64,000 nucleotides of DNA, taken from the NCBI GenBank assembly GCA_977862235.1, contig OZ374558.1, positions 930,001 through 994,000 on the forward strand. The letters are read 5' to 3'. Both the position numbers and the translations under genes were made by a program. Below the pieces are notes generated by a model. That model saw nothing but the letters and a program-made list of their open reading frames with translations. It was not told the DNA's origin and ran no database searches. Numbering within the stretch: position 1 is the stretch's first letter; each line of letters opens with the position of its first letter. Shown piece by piece: positions 47,631-60,348 of the stretch. This DNA comes from Dudresnaya verticillata (lineage: Eukaryota).

Positions 47631-50600
47631 TGCCCGTACACGTCCCAAAACCGGCTAATCTCGTTTCCATTAAGTTATTCCCTTTTAGTCATCTCCATTT
47701 TTCTTCTTTGTTAGCCATTGCATGGCGTTTGGCAACGCCAATCCAGGTTTGGTCAACCCATGATTTGACCTACCACTGCCCATTTTCATCTAACGGTCTG
47801 GTGTGGTCACCGCCCTTGAGGTCTGGCCATACTACATCATCATCCACCCCCATAGACAATGGGGGTTCCTTGCCAAAGAGAGGCCGCAAATCATCGAACG
47901 ACGAACAGAAAGAAGAATCCCAGCTGGCCAGTGCTTCATCACAAGGTATGGTCTGCATCCTGGGTGGGGCCAACTATACCCTTTCGGGTTCATTTGGACT
48001 CAGAATGTCCGCCTTGTTACCCGGGCCAATTGTCTTAGACACGTGCTCGGGTTGGAACATCATCCGGTTGGATGCGTTGCCTCCCAACTGGAAGGACAAC
48101 GCACTTGAGTTGACGTCCCCGCCTCTTCTGGGGGACGCCAACCAACGGCCAATTCATTTTCGTGGGGCCGTTTCCTTGGTCGTGCGCTTGGGCCGTCATT
48201 CATATCGAGTGCCGTTCCTTATCGCCGATCTTCGCTTTGCAGTACCCGTTTTGTTGGGTACGGCATTTCTTAACACGCACGTGGATACCATCCAGTGCCG
48301 TGGTCAAACCGTGCACTTAGTGCGCGGAGATATCCTTCCACTGCTTCCTGATAGCACTTCGATGGCTCTGGGGGCAGAGCCAACTGCTGCGAAGGGGGCC
48401 CCGCCTCCGGGTAATTCCAATCCGGCCAGTACAGAGCGCAAGACACAGCGACACTACGCGGCCACTGTACGCTTGACGAAAGGTCTAACCATACGGGCAG
48501 GCCAACAGGCCACCGTGTCTGTTCGCAGTGATGGCCGGGGATTATGTGTGTTGGAGCCCAACATTCTTTGAGCTTCCGGCACCATACGCGGATGGCCAAT
48601 GGAGTTGCCGAGGTTCGGCCGCAGAAACCATTCCAGGTAATGCTGGCCAACTGGGGAAGAAAAGATGTCTTACTGCCAAAGGGTACCGTGGTCGGCTATG
48701 CTGTCCGCCACCCCATGGCAATCCTGACGCCATACCGACGGAGTGTGGAGAATATGGCCAGTGTACTTGGGCTTACTCCACTTGTGGATCAGGATAGTAG
48801 TCAAGTAGAAGTAGAGGAATCTGGCCAAGAAAGAGGTGAGCCTTCGGAACCAAAGGTACCTAGACAAGAGGCACAAGAATGGCGGGATAAGATCAAGCTT
48901 GATCATATCCCGGACAAGAAACAACGCGAAAAGATAATGACCATTCTAGAGAAACACAGTGCAATGTGGGACGGTTCCCTGGGACAGATCATGGCCACCG
49001 AACATCGGATAGACTTGGAAGATGGAACCCGGCCAATAAGGGCGATGCCCTATCGACAAGGGCCAGCGTTACGCGCGATCGCAGAGGCCGATATTAAGAA
49101 GCAGTTGGAGGCCGGAGTGATAGAGCCATCGCACGGAGAATGGGCCTCGCCAATTGTGATGGTGCCGAAGAAAGATGGCACCCTCCGCTTCTGTGTCGAC
49201 TATCGCCGGCTCAATGCGAAGACAGTTGGTGACACATACCCGCTCCCGCGCATGGACGATTGTATAGACTCCCTTGGGGATGCGGCCGTGTTTTCAACCT
49301 TGGACTGCAACTCCGGATATTGGAAAATACCAGTAGCCGAAGAGGACAAGGATAAGACAGCCTTCACCTCTCACTTGGGGATATTCAGGTACAATCGAAT
49401 GCCGTTTGGCTTGAAGAACGCACCGGCCACATTTCAGCGTGCGCTTGACATAGTTCTCTCTGGCGTCCGATGGCAGATCTGCCTCATCTATCTGGACGAT
49501 GTCATCGTGTTCTCCAAAAATGTGGAGGATCATCTTGGCCATCTAGACGAGGTACTAACCTTGTTGAAGGCGGCCGGCATTACGTTGAAGTTGAAGAAGT
49601 GTTCCTTCTTTCAGGCCAAAGTAGATTATTTGGGCCATGTAGTGACCCCCGGAAAACTAAGTATGGCCATGCAGGGTACCAAGGCAATACAAGAAGCCGA
49701 GTTTCCAGGGTCCCTGACGGAACTTCGGTCCTTCTTGGGAGCTTGCAATGTCTACCGGAAGTTCGTGGCCAAATACTCCACTATCGCACGGCCACTTACG
49801 CGCATGTTGTGCAAGGATGCCGAGCCAGACTTCGAACGGCCAACAGAGGAACAACGTCAGAGCTTCGAAAAACTGAAGGCCGCTCTCGTCTCACCGCCGA
49901 TTCTGGTCTTACCTAGATACGGCCGGCCATATGTGATCGAGACTGATGCCAGCGCATACCAGATTGGATGCGTCTTGCTCCAAGAACAAGAGGACGAGAC
50001 GTACCATCCCGTAGGATATTGGTATCGTTCCCTGACGTCGGCCGAGAAAAACTATTCGGCCACTGAGCGCGAGTGTTTGTCTGTGGTGTGGGCCATTACA
50101 TCATTACGGCCATATGTTGAAGGTACCAAGTTCACAGTCCGTACGGATCATGATGCCCTCCGATGGTTGATGTCGCTCACTGATTCGTCTGGCCGTCTTA
50201 CAAGATGGAGATTACGTCTGGCCGAGTTCGACTTTGTGATTGAGTATAAACCGGGCCGTAAGAACCAAGTTCCCGATGCCTTGTCCCGCTTGGTGGCCCC
50301 GCAAGAGAGCGGAGATGCACGGCCAATAGATGATACTGTACCTGTATTCGACGGTACCCCCTCTATTCTCACGACCACGCGGGCCCGGAGACATCGAGAA
50401 ATTAATATGGCCGACAGGAGAGAACGGGACGATGATGTCGACGCATGGGAGGAGGAACATTTGATGGCCGATTATACAGACTATGGCTGAGCGGAAGTCT
50501 TCAGTCGTGCACAAATGGAAGGGAAGACAGCAGAGACTCTCCCAACACCAGTAACACAGACTGAAATAATAGAGGGCCAGAAAAGCGACGACTTCTGCCA

Positions 50601-52029
50601 GACCATTCTCGCCACGAGAGCTGGACTGGGACGATCCAAGAAGCCCCTCTTCTTCGAAGGGATTGAGGGAGTCCTCTATAGACGATGTCCGACAGACGGC
50701 CGAAAACAAATAGTGCTTCCAGCTTCGTTGCATGGCCGGATTCTTCGGTTGTGCCATCATGCCGTTCTGGCAGGTCACCCTGGCCAGAATCGAATGTATC
50801 AGACCCTTCGACGGACATACTATTGGCCGCACATGGCCGCTGATTGCTTAGCAACAGTTCGGAACTGTGGCCATTGCGCGAAGAACCGGATTCGTCGCTT
50901 ACGACATACATCGAAGTTACAGCTGTTCCCGGCCAGTCAACCATTAGAGAGTGTGGCCATGGATCTTCTCGGGCCGCTCCCCAATACTAAGAAGGGGTTT
51001 GAGCACATATTAGTCATTACATGCCGCTTCTCGAAGCTAACCCAGGTGGTGCCATTGACAAAGATAACCGCCTATAATGTGGCCACGGCATTCTGCGTTC
51101 ACTGGATTTTCAAGTATGACGCACCAAAGACAGTTCTCACTGATAACGGTGGGCAGTTTGCGGCCAAGTTCTTCCAGGCCGTCTGCCGACAATTACAGGT
51201 GGCCAACATCTTCACAACAACATACCACCCACAAACAAATGGCCAGGTGGAAAGATACAATCGAACACTGGCCGCAATGCTGAGAAGCTACGTGAATGAA
51301 CATCAGACCGACTGGGATGAATACGCTGCGGCGTTGACGTATGCTTATAATTGCCATATACATCGCTCAACTGGAACCACGCCGTTTGACTTGGTTCTCA
51401 GTCGGCCGCCGAGCCCATTCTCACTTGAGGCTACGTTAAACCGGCCCAAGCCAACAGGGACTGTGAAGGAAGCGTTTTTGCGCCGATTATCAGAGGCCGT
51501 GGATAAAGCTTCGGCCAGTTTAACTCGCACACAAGCGCGCTACAAGAAGGACTTTGACCGCTCAGTGAGAACGGGGAATAAGATGCTGGCCGCTGGAGGG
51601 TTTGTCTTCTTAGACAATCCAGAAAAGCAGCCAAAGAAACTAGAGCATCATGCCCAGGGGCCATACAAAATTATAAGCAATGACGGCCGTACGTTCGTAA
51701 TCGACAGAGCTGGCCAACTAGAGCGTGTTAGCTCGGACCGAGTAGTAGCCGCACCCAGGCCACAGGGGCAACCGATGGCTACGGAGACAATGGCCAGCGC
51801 CGCATTGGGAACCCTTCCGGAAGGAGTCGCTGCGTCGGCCGAGGAGTATGTCATTGACAAGCTCACGGACATGCGTGAGGATTCAATTGGCCAACGGTGG
51901 TTTCAGGTCAAGTGGTATGGGTATAATGGCCGAAAGTGGGAACCCGAGGCTCTTTTGCCGGCCACGTTGGTGTCTCGCTTCTTCGCGCGCATGAAGCGCC
52001 GAGCTACGCCGGGCCAAAATAGTTCGTAA
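47597..52029 (+). pseudogene. pol: pol of element E (protease, RT, RNase H, integrase, chromodomain); one frameshift near 48560 and one in-frame stop at 50488-50490
   Basis: [76 protein letters not shown]...QVKWYGY..KWEPE. Confidence 0.95.
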
Positions 52030-52945
52030 GTTCAACATCGACATGGCCAGGGAAGTCAAGCGAGAGGAGTCAGAGTCTGGCCAAAAACTTGTGAAGACGG
52101 AGATGCGTGGTGGTTGTGGATGGGGGGGAGAGAAGGAGATGCTGGGTGACAAAATACCCCGGCTGGAACCCCATCACCAAAAACACGACGGCGGTGTTTA
52201 GGGTTAACCCAGAATAATGTAAGCTGGCCAATCATGTGTGAGAAAGTTGCGGCCAGCAAATCTCCCGGTGTACGCCAAAATTCAGTGGGTGTAAATGGAC
52301 GGTAGAAACTACCTCATCTTTTGCTGCCTTTTTCGGGTAACTCCAATTCCCACATATCGTGCTCCCAAGCGGGGGTTTGCGCAGAGTGAGAGGACAGGGG
52401 AAGTGACGATAATCCCTACCGACAACAAGAAGAAAATTCCCAGCGAACAAGACATGGCCAGATGAGAAGCTTGAGGCTGATAAGACGAAGACGAGCTGGC
52501 CATTGCTCTTCCTACGGCGCCTTGAAGAAGGTAGCCTCACACCGAGACCATTCCACCACCACTCGTACTGGCCATTTTTGTGCTTTGACTTAACCGCTAA
52601 CTCCCTTGACCCCGTTTTTCCAGCTGTGCTCATGAGCATTGGCCAGGAGCAAGACTTACGACCCGAACTAACAGAGGCCCTACAGCCCCATTGACTAACA
52701 ACTGGCCATGATAACACACAACATTTTTGAAGGTAACCAGTGCACTTTAACTCAAGACTGGCCGGACAGACTCATTAACTCCCAAGAACAAGGGGAGCTG
52801 TCCAACCTTAAGACGCACTAACTTGGCCACCAACTTTTGATAACGCAAACACAAGACATAGGAAATCACAAGACTAACAACAACTCATTGGCCAGCATAA
52901 GAGCACAAGACGAGCTGGCCAACTACTAACCCAAGACCTTGACAA

Positions 52946-55900
52946 CTAACGGCCATAGGGACTTGGCGAGCGAGGAGATCCCGAAGCGTAGGGCTCCCTG
53001 CTCCTTGACTGCGAAGGTGCACGAGGCGCTGTCGCGGGAACACGAGGGGCCGCCGCAGGAACGGTTGGCGGCGTCACAACAGGCGAAGTGGCCGGCAGAG
53101 ATAAGCTTCCAGGAACCTGGCCAGGCTGAGCAACATTGGCCACAGGAGTCGGTGGAGCCGACACAGTCGGACGAGTTGGCTCTGGTTGATAATCGGCCGG
53201 TCGAGACGGCGCACGTGGATGACTGCTGATGTCTCCAGCGTGAGATGGCGTGGGGGTTGTAGCCGGTGCCACTGAGACCCCAGGGTATGGTGGCATGCCA
53301 GGCGCAGGCGTAGGCAAAGAAGACAGAGGAAACTGAGGCATCTGGCCAAAGACGGAGGGCGCATAAGCTGCGCGCAAACTGGCCAGCTGATGAAATCCAC
53401 GATTGCGCTCCATGTCAAGTAAGGCCTGTTGATTGTGCGTCTCATCGCACCAGCGATCGCGCTGCCTCTTCCACTCAAGACCCTGCTCGTTAGATCTGGC
53501 CAACGTCTCCTTTGTGGCCTGCAAATCGACCTCGACTTGGTCTTTCTACCTTCTAACATTGGCCAGACGCTCTTCGCCCCGCCTGATCACTTCTTCCATT
53601 TCATCAACATGACGACGAACGCGGTTGAGTTCATCGGACTGGCCACGCTTCGTATCGCTGAGACGGCCAAGGCTCTGATCCAGCTGCCGCAAGACGTTGG
53701 CCAAAGACATTTGGTTAACATGGATACATACAGAGAGTTCGGCCACCACATGCGGATGAGGATGTAAGATAGCAGGCCGCACGATAGAAGCGTCGTTGGC
53801 CACATCAACTCCAAAGCTGCTACCATGGCGAAAATTCTCTTGCTTGTTCCAGTCGAAACCGCAGTACTTCTCATCATGGCCCGCTCGACGTTGGAACAAA
53901 TGGTCGCGGTGTAGCACGGTGTCGGCCAGCTTCCGTACAACGATACAACATCTGGCCAATATACGTGGTTGAACTGATGCTGGTGCTCCGGGCTGACGGG
54001 AAGATAAGTAAGGCCTTTCACCACTTCAATCCGCCGAGCAATGGCCTGCGGTGTCATCCACCACATTCTCTTCGATGCTTGCGCTTCGTAGCGGAAGAAG
54101 ATGCTGGCCATTATGTGCAACTCTATGACAGCGGTCTCTTGGAAGCACTCGACCCAAGAGGGGTCGAGCGCATGACGACGATACTGGCCAACAAAATAAT
54201 AAGCCAGTGGGCTGAGTAGACAAGCTTCACCCTTCGATGGCCACTCCTTCCAAAGAAAAGCGGGAACGCTAGGGAAGTATTCGACTGATGGCCAAAACCC
54301 TTCCTGGCCACGAGTGTTGCCATGGTAGACATAGCTACCACCCGTGCGATGGGCCAGCCAATATCCCGGTGCTATGATGCGACGAAGGTCGGTACTGGCC
54401 ATTTTCGCGTTTCGCACGGTTGTCTGCTCCCAGCGCTCAAGCATCCACGCGTGAGGGAAGGCGTAATACCAGGTGGAAGTGTGAGGATACACGCTAGACT
54501 TGCCCTTGAACATCAGCCAAGCCCCGTGGACGAACATCACGTCCTGCGCCCACAACAAAAAGGCACGATCGCACTCAATCTCCAGAGGGATCCAATAGAG
54601 ATGGCCATTATCGTGCGACTCGCGATACTGATGCCACGCCTCGTTGAGAGGGCAATGGCTTTCCCGCACGCGAATCATGTCCAGCTTGTCACTATTGGCC
54701 ACCAACTGGGTATAAGGAATATCTACCCGAGGAAGCTTTGGCCAGATGGAAGTCCCAGGAAGTCGTTCGTCCAAAACTAACTCAGGGCCATCATGATCTT
54801 CTAGCCCCGGTGGGACGTCAGCACGGAAAGGTACAGCAGCACGAGTGTGCGAAGCTGGTTCACAGTCCCGATGCGTCGGAGCAGAAGGGCCAGAACTTGA
54901 GCTTGGGATATTCTGGCCAGTCTTTGTGATATCCGCCTCTTCGCGCGGAGTAACTTCTTTAGCGCGGGGATCTTCAACCTGGCCAGATGACTTGGGCTGC
55001 ACGCCTACAGAAGGCGTAGAAGAAGTCTGGCCAGTTTTAAGCTCATCGGCGTCGGGGAGCAAGGCCACAAAGCGACGACGATCGCCGTCTGACATAAGAT
55101 TGGCCGGCGGGATTGGTGTAGAAGCATCGACGTCAATAACTTCCTCACGAGATGACTGGCCAACTTCCTTAGGCGGCAGCCGCTGCTTCTTCGAGGGAGG
55201 TCCCTGAATAGCGGGCTTACCGATGTTTAACTTGGCCAGTTCACGCGCACGACTCGCAGCCGTCGGCATGAAAGGCGAAGGCGCCGAGCGTAGTCGCGGC
55301 GTGGATTTCCTCGAAGCGCTCGGAGTGGCCGAACGCGACGATTTGCGTGGCACAGGAATGTTGGCCAAAGCTTCTGCAGCCTTCTGCCCCAACTTGTCTC
55401 CTTTCTTCTGTTCTGGCCCAACCTTCTCAACTCTTCCAGGTAACTCCTGCTTGCTGGCCAATACTTCTTCTTGAGCGGGAACAAATACCATGGCCGAATC
55501 AGCAACCTCGGGTTGAGCCGCAGCTACTTCTTCAGCTGCTGCCGTGGTAGCTCGAGTAACCAGAGGACGAGAGATGGCAATAACAGCCTTCTCAACGGCA
55601 CTGGCCAATGGAGGTGGAGTAGGATTAATGGCCGTTGGCACCGAAGTGCTTGCGGCCGGCACCGACTTCTTCGCCTCGAGGCGCTTCACTTCGGCCTGCA
55701 CCAACCCTTCCTTGTGGGCTTCTGCTCCTTTCTGGCCAATTGTTCTCGCCTCTTCCGCTGACTGGCCAACAACAGGGGATGCAGTCGGCTTACCCTTTCC
55801 AAGCTGGCCCGATGTAGCCGCTGCCTCCTCCGACGAGGATGATGGGATGATGGTCACGCTGCGCACCACCTTAGCCTTCTGAGCATCAGCCAGTTTCTTC

Positions 55901-56334
55901 TTCAGATTGGCCAGTTGTTGCTCCTCAGCCTCGCGCCTCTTCTGCATGGCCGCTATCTCCTGCATTATCTTGTCGGTGCCAACGTCGGGCGTCGCTTGTG
56001 CCAAGGCCGGAGTAGCGGGGGCGGCAACACTCTTCTTCTGGCCAGTCTTGATGGACTTCTCCGTTGCGGTAGTGGTTGTAGCAACTGGCGGGTCGGAGGG
56101 CTTGCCACTTGGAGTCTTGGGCGCTGGGGCGGAAGATGCCCTGGGCGCCTTCATTGCGCGCGGCCTTGAACCCTGGCCAGCCTTCTTCGTGGTTGCTTTC
56201 GCTCTGGCCACAGCCACTTCTTCATCGCTCGACGGCGGCGTGGACGATGAACTGGAAGAAACGGTCGGCCGAATAGTCTTCTTCTTGGCCGATGCGGTGC
56301 GGCGCGGACGCGCTTTCGCAGGGCCACCCGCCAT
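52946..56334 (-). CDS. Antisense accessory gene of element E (~1130 aa if one frameshift near 53945 and one stop at 53546-53548 are corrected); function unknown
   Basis: 944-codon open frame 53587-56421 (ATG at 56334); ORFs 53546-53959 and 52946-53524 share a frame; core motifs shared with the C/D antisense genes. Confidence 0.85.
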
Positions 56335-56574
56335 GGTAAGAAGCAACTGGCCGGATGCGCACGTGGAGGCCGAAGCAAGGAAAGGCGCGCGCAAGTTGGC
56401 AAGAAGCACGGGCGTGCGCACGATATGTTGGGAAGTATTGGTAAGGGGAAGCGCGATGCGAGCTGAGATGATGATGGCCGGTTGCAGGGAGAGGGGTAGC
56501 GGCGCGGATCACGCGCGCTGATATGGCCAGATGAAACCCACGCGGCCAGGAGTCCGCGCTTGCGAAGGGGGCTC

Positions 56575-57339
56575 TGTGGTGCAACGGCAAGGGGGCTGCC
56601 GAAAGGAAGCAAATCGACGGGCCAACTGTCCGGTCGGCCCAACCAAACGAAGACACTTGGCCAATGAAGTCGCGCCGTCGGCGCGCGGACGGCGGTGAGC
56701 GCGCGCAAGTATGATACATGGCCACCAGCTGTACACGTGGCTCACACGTGGCCACCTACGACACTGAAGCGCACCACGTGTCCTGCTGTACACGTATGAT
56801 CCGGTTCTCGGTCGGACGCAAATGAAAATTGGATTTGGCCGCAAGGTGAATCAAAGGGAAGACAGTGGAAAAATCAAGGGGAAATCTAACTCATTTGGCC
56901 AACCACTAACGAACAAGTACTTGGTTTAGTCTGGTAAGGGTACAACATTGGCCCGACGCCGGAACACAAGCAGATATTTATGGCCGACCTGAGTAACCTC
57001 GGCCACTAACTGTAGATTAGCTCTAGATTAGTTCAGATGGCCGATTTTGAGCCTACTTAGCTGGCCACACACTACGGCTAAGCCGAAAAAGGTACGAAGC
57101 CGTCCCGCCAGAGGTTGGGAGTAAAGTTTTGCAACCTTTTCCCAACTTGGCCATTCTCCGTCCTCATCACGGATTCTGGCCACGACTTCGTCTGCGCGCT
57201 CCCGCTCTACCACGCTTGCTACCGGCGCGCAGGTCCGTTCTACGTTCTGGCCAGTTTTAGGTCAAATCCGACAGGTCTTTGTGGTCTTCTTGGGGTCTCG
57301 TTGGGCTGCCGTACGCGGTGGTGTCCTAGAGATACTACA
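56575..57339 (+). repeat. 3' LTR of element E
   Basis: Direct repeat of 44019-44783. Confidence 0.96.
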
Positions 57340-57344
57340 CAGTG

Positions 57345-59485
57345 GCTTCAGCCTTAAGCCCGGAAACACAATCTGGGTAAAGCTGCACAAAATGTTTGGA
57401 GTTCAAAACGTCGCCTTTAGACAGGATGTTATTTCCAAGTAATAGAACGCCTTCGCCTTTGGTCACGTAAAATGGTATTTCGAACGCAGTACCCTTCACA
57501 TCAACCATCGGCATCTTCCATATACCAATGAAGAGTTCAGCATCGCTGCAAGATTCTTCGTAACCGTGGTAGAATGGCTCGCAATCTAGTGGATGCAACT
57601 CTAAATCGATACCAAGCGGCAGAGATAAAGCCGTGGCAGAGCGTATTCCGCCAACTGATCGTGGGCATGCTTGATCGAGAATCGGGTTGACGTCGTTCAT
57701 GATTGGCGTGACGTTTGAAGGAGAACGTGTTCCGGATTGGAAAGCTCGGAGCCTGGCCGAAAAGGATTACCCTTGTAGTTAGGTTTGTTCTCACGCTCTC
57801 CAGAGTACGACTCTCCTCTAGCGTCCTTCGCTTCTCTGATCTTTATCGTTGCGAAACTCGGATTGCCGCAGTTCTCGTCTCCTCGTTGGTAAGACTTAGA
57901 CCCACAGTCTTTGCAAACCTCGTACCCAATGAGGTCATGTAGCATGATGGGTCCCTGACTACTGTCCCTCGTACGAACTTTCTTAGTGTTTTGGTAGCTC
58001 GAAGGGCTATCGGACAAACGCCTCCTATGAGCATTGTAACCGACTTGGGGTTACGTAGATACTCACTTTTCCGAGGTTACTTTGGCGGTCTTGCCATCTT
58101 TTCGGTACGATCATTGGACGGTTGATTGGACCTGAAAGAACGCACCTTTTTCGATATACGTGTGTAGCATAGCTGTAAGACCAGCTGCCCCACGCCCACG
58201 AAGCTGTAAGACCAGCTGCGCCACGTGTGCACCGCTGTGCGCACGCTCTCAGCCGGTGGCGCCGAAACCCCGCTGAACTGCAAGGAAGTGCGCTGTGGCG
58301 CCCGCGCGCCCGCGTGTACGCGTGTGACACTGACACTCCCGTGTAACTTGTACGTTTATTTTTGTGTAGTGTACAGTAAGTCTAGTGTAAGCGGCAGTCG
58401 AACGCCCTGCTGTCCCGCGCGCCGTGCGCACGCACTCCGGCGTAGAGCCGTTGAGTGCGTGACACGCGCGCGCGTACTCCGGCGTCGAGCCGTTGAGTAC
58501 GTGTAGACCGTTTCGCCCACGCGCGCCCCCGGGTTATCATTACCTGTACGCGTCGACGCGTGTCAGGGCGCGCCGGCATACCTCCCTGTTTGGTGCCGCC
58601 GCAGGCCCTGTAGTCTATTTAGTAGTCGCCCCTCTGGGCTTGAGTAAACAAAGACAAGCCAGCCTACGCCAGGCTTGCCCCTTTCTGCTTTGGGTTTCTT
58701 TCCCAGTCTTCTGCCCTGCGGCTTCCCTCTTTACCTAGCCACCTAGGCTTTCCTTTTACTCTTCCCACCGTCGGCTTCGTGCTGCGCCACGACGGGGACG
58801 CAGGGATCCGGCCGTTGCCGCCCGGGTACGGTCCGCCCCGGGCGCGCTCAGGCTTCGACGCCGTAGATCCGCGACCGTCGACGGCGCGCGCGGCCGACAC
58901 CACTGCTGTACCACCTACCGCTACCACCCTTCGACGGGTCTGGGTGCGACTACGAGACCAGCCGCACTAGACATCAGTTCGACCTGACGTCTATGCCACA
59001 ATTCGCTCATCCAAATCAACCGCACCATGGGACGTGTTATGGCGTGAAACTGTCTGGGCTACAGATCACAACATGTTGACTGCATCATCGAGACTTGAAG
59101 TACACCGCGATACAGACTCGATGATGATGTTTGTCCTTTCTTTAGAAGGACGGTCTTCAATGGCCTTCTCTATTTTCTCACAATGTATCGAAATATTCTT
59201 CGTGTATGTAGTGAGTTTGGTTTCAACATCAATTAATTTCGAATGAGCTTCGTCCAAGTCATCCGTTTCGTCGATAGAAATTTCCGAGAGGATTTGAGCA
59301 AGTTCGTTTTTAACTTGCGACAGCTTTCGGGCGTCAGAAGCTTGTGTCTCGAAGTTCTTTTCCGACGACGCTTTGGCTCGTGCTTCAGCAAGTGCGATAA
59401 GTTGTAGCTTAGCATTCGTCAACGTCTCTTCAGGCAGCAGAGCGTTGTTAAGCAAAGTTTGTATTGCAACGATATTGCCCATTTT
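57345..59485 (-). pseudogene. Copia gag-like region and protease of the host element, interrupted by 58161-59000
   Basis: Protease-like PILDQACPRSVGG...LLLGN at 57345-57700; helical ORF 59066-59482 upstream (gag call positional). Confidence 0.65.
58161..59000 (+). mobile_element. Family-A solo-LTR-like element, uninterrupted, ~840 bp
   Basis: (TG)TGTAGCATAG...CTATGCCACA; flanks ATACG/ATTCG (4/5); internal ~31-bp and ~40-bp duplications; terminal hairpin. Confidence 0.8.
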
Positions 59486-59652
59486 CGTGTTACCACGTGA
59501 TCAGCGCGTTACTCGCGAAGGCGTACAAATGTAAGCTCGTTAGGTATCACACGTGGCCACGCCGGCCCACTTCGGGCGCGCGCAGCCCATTCTGGGCCTG
59601 CCCGCGCGCGCTCCTATTACTTACATTTCACTTTACAGTAGTCGACCCTCAG

Positions 59653-60348
59653 TGTACACTAGGTACACTGAGGTGTCAGCGTTAGTTTATTTATATAGTG
59701 TATGGAAGCAATCCTACCGTCGCTATCCTACCGTCGTGGCCAGGGATTTAAGGCGAGTAGCGCCGGCCACCCTCAGTAAACCAATACCAAGAATGGGCTC
59801 TACAGCTGCGTTCCCCCGCACCCGACCCACGAGCTCGTTGCTCGGCTTCACCGCCGGCTAAGGTGTAGTGCAACCCTCCGAATGAGGGTCGCAACCAACA
59901 CAATCCACGAGTCCGATGTGGGAGGGTAGCCGCGGTGACGCGTGTGAGCGCGTCGGTGTGTGGTAGGGTAGCGCAAGGGGAAGGCCCCAGTGTGCGGACA
60001 GTAAACACACTCCAAAGCCCGTGTGAGCACGCAGTGAGCCGGAAGACGGGGGCGCCGGCACAACAGAAGCGTGTGAACACGAAGGTAGAAGGGTGTCAGC
60101 ACCACAGGCGTACGTAGCCCAGCTCCGCGATGGCTTCACTCGCCAAGCGCACGGAGGTAGGGGGTATCCTAAGTGTGGAGCCGAAGCTTGGTTGGGTTTA
60201 CTGTAGGAGGTCGGTCCTAGCCCCTTGAGTCCCACCTCCGGCGGCGGCGCCGCGGCGGTGGCGACTAGGGCTACTGTACACTAGCAAATAAACTAACACT
60301 AGAGTACAATAAACTAACACTACAGTAGCACAGTGTACCTACTGTACA
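59653..60348. mobile_element. Foldback/MITE-like element with long degenerate inverted arms
   Basis: TGTACACTAGGTACACTG...CAGTGTACCTACTGTACA; inner inverted blocks GTTAGTTTATT/AATAAACTAAC and CAGTAAACC/GGTTTACTG. Confidence 0.6.

Larger units (their letters stand above)
44019..57339 (+). mobile_element. Ty3/Gypsy chromodomain LTR retrotransposon 'E', full-length, near-intact
   Basis: 765-bp LTRs with TG...CA ends, perfect TSD CAGTG, PBS 44785-44802, PPT 56564-56574. Confidence 0.97.

Noticed and set aside
52946..56334. Antisense ORF as an env-like gene or a cytosine methyltransferase
   Set aside because: Orientation is wrong for env and there is no signal peptide or C-terminal anchor; no FxGxG, PC or ENV methyltransferase motifs in the expected order
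55907..56521. 204-aa plus-strand hydrophobic ORF
   Set aside because: Reverse complement of the Lys/Thr/Ala-rich start of the antisense gene; the hydrophobicity follows from that
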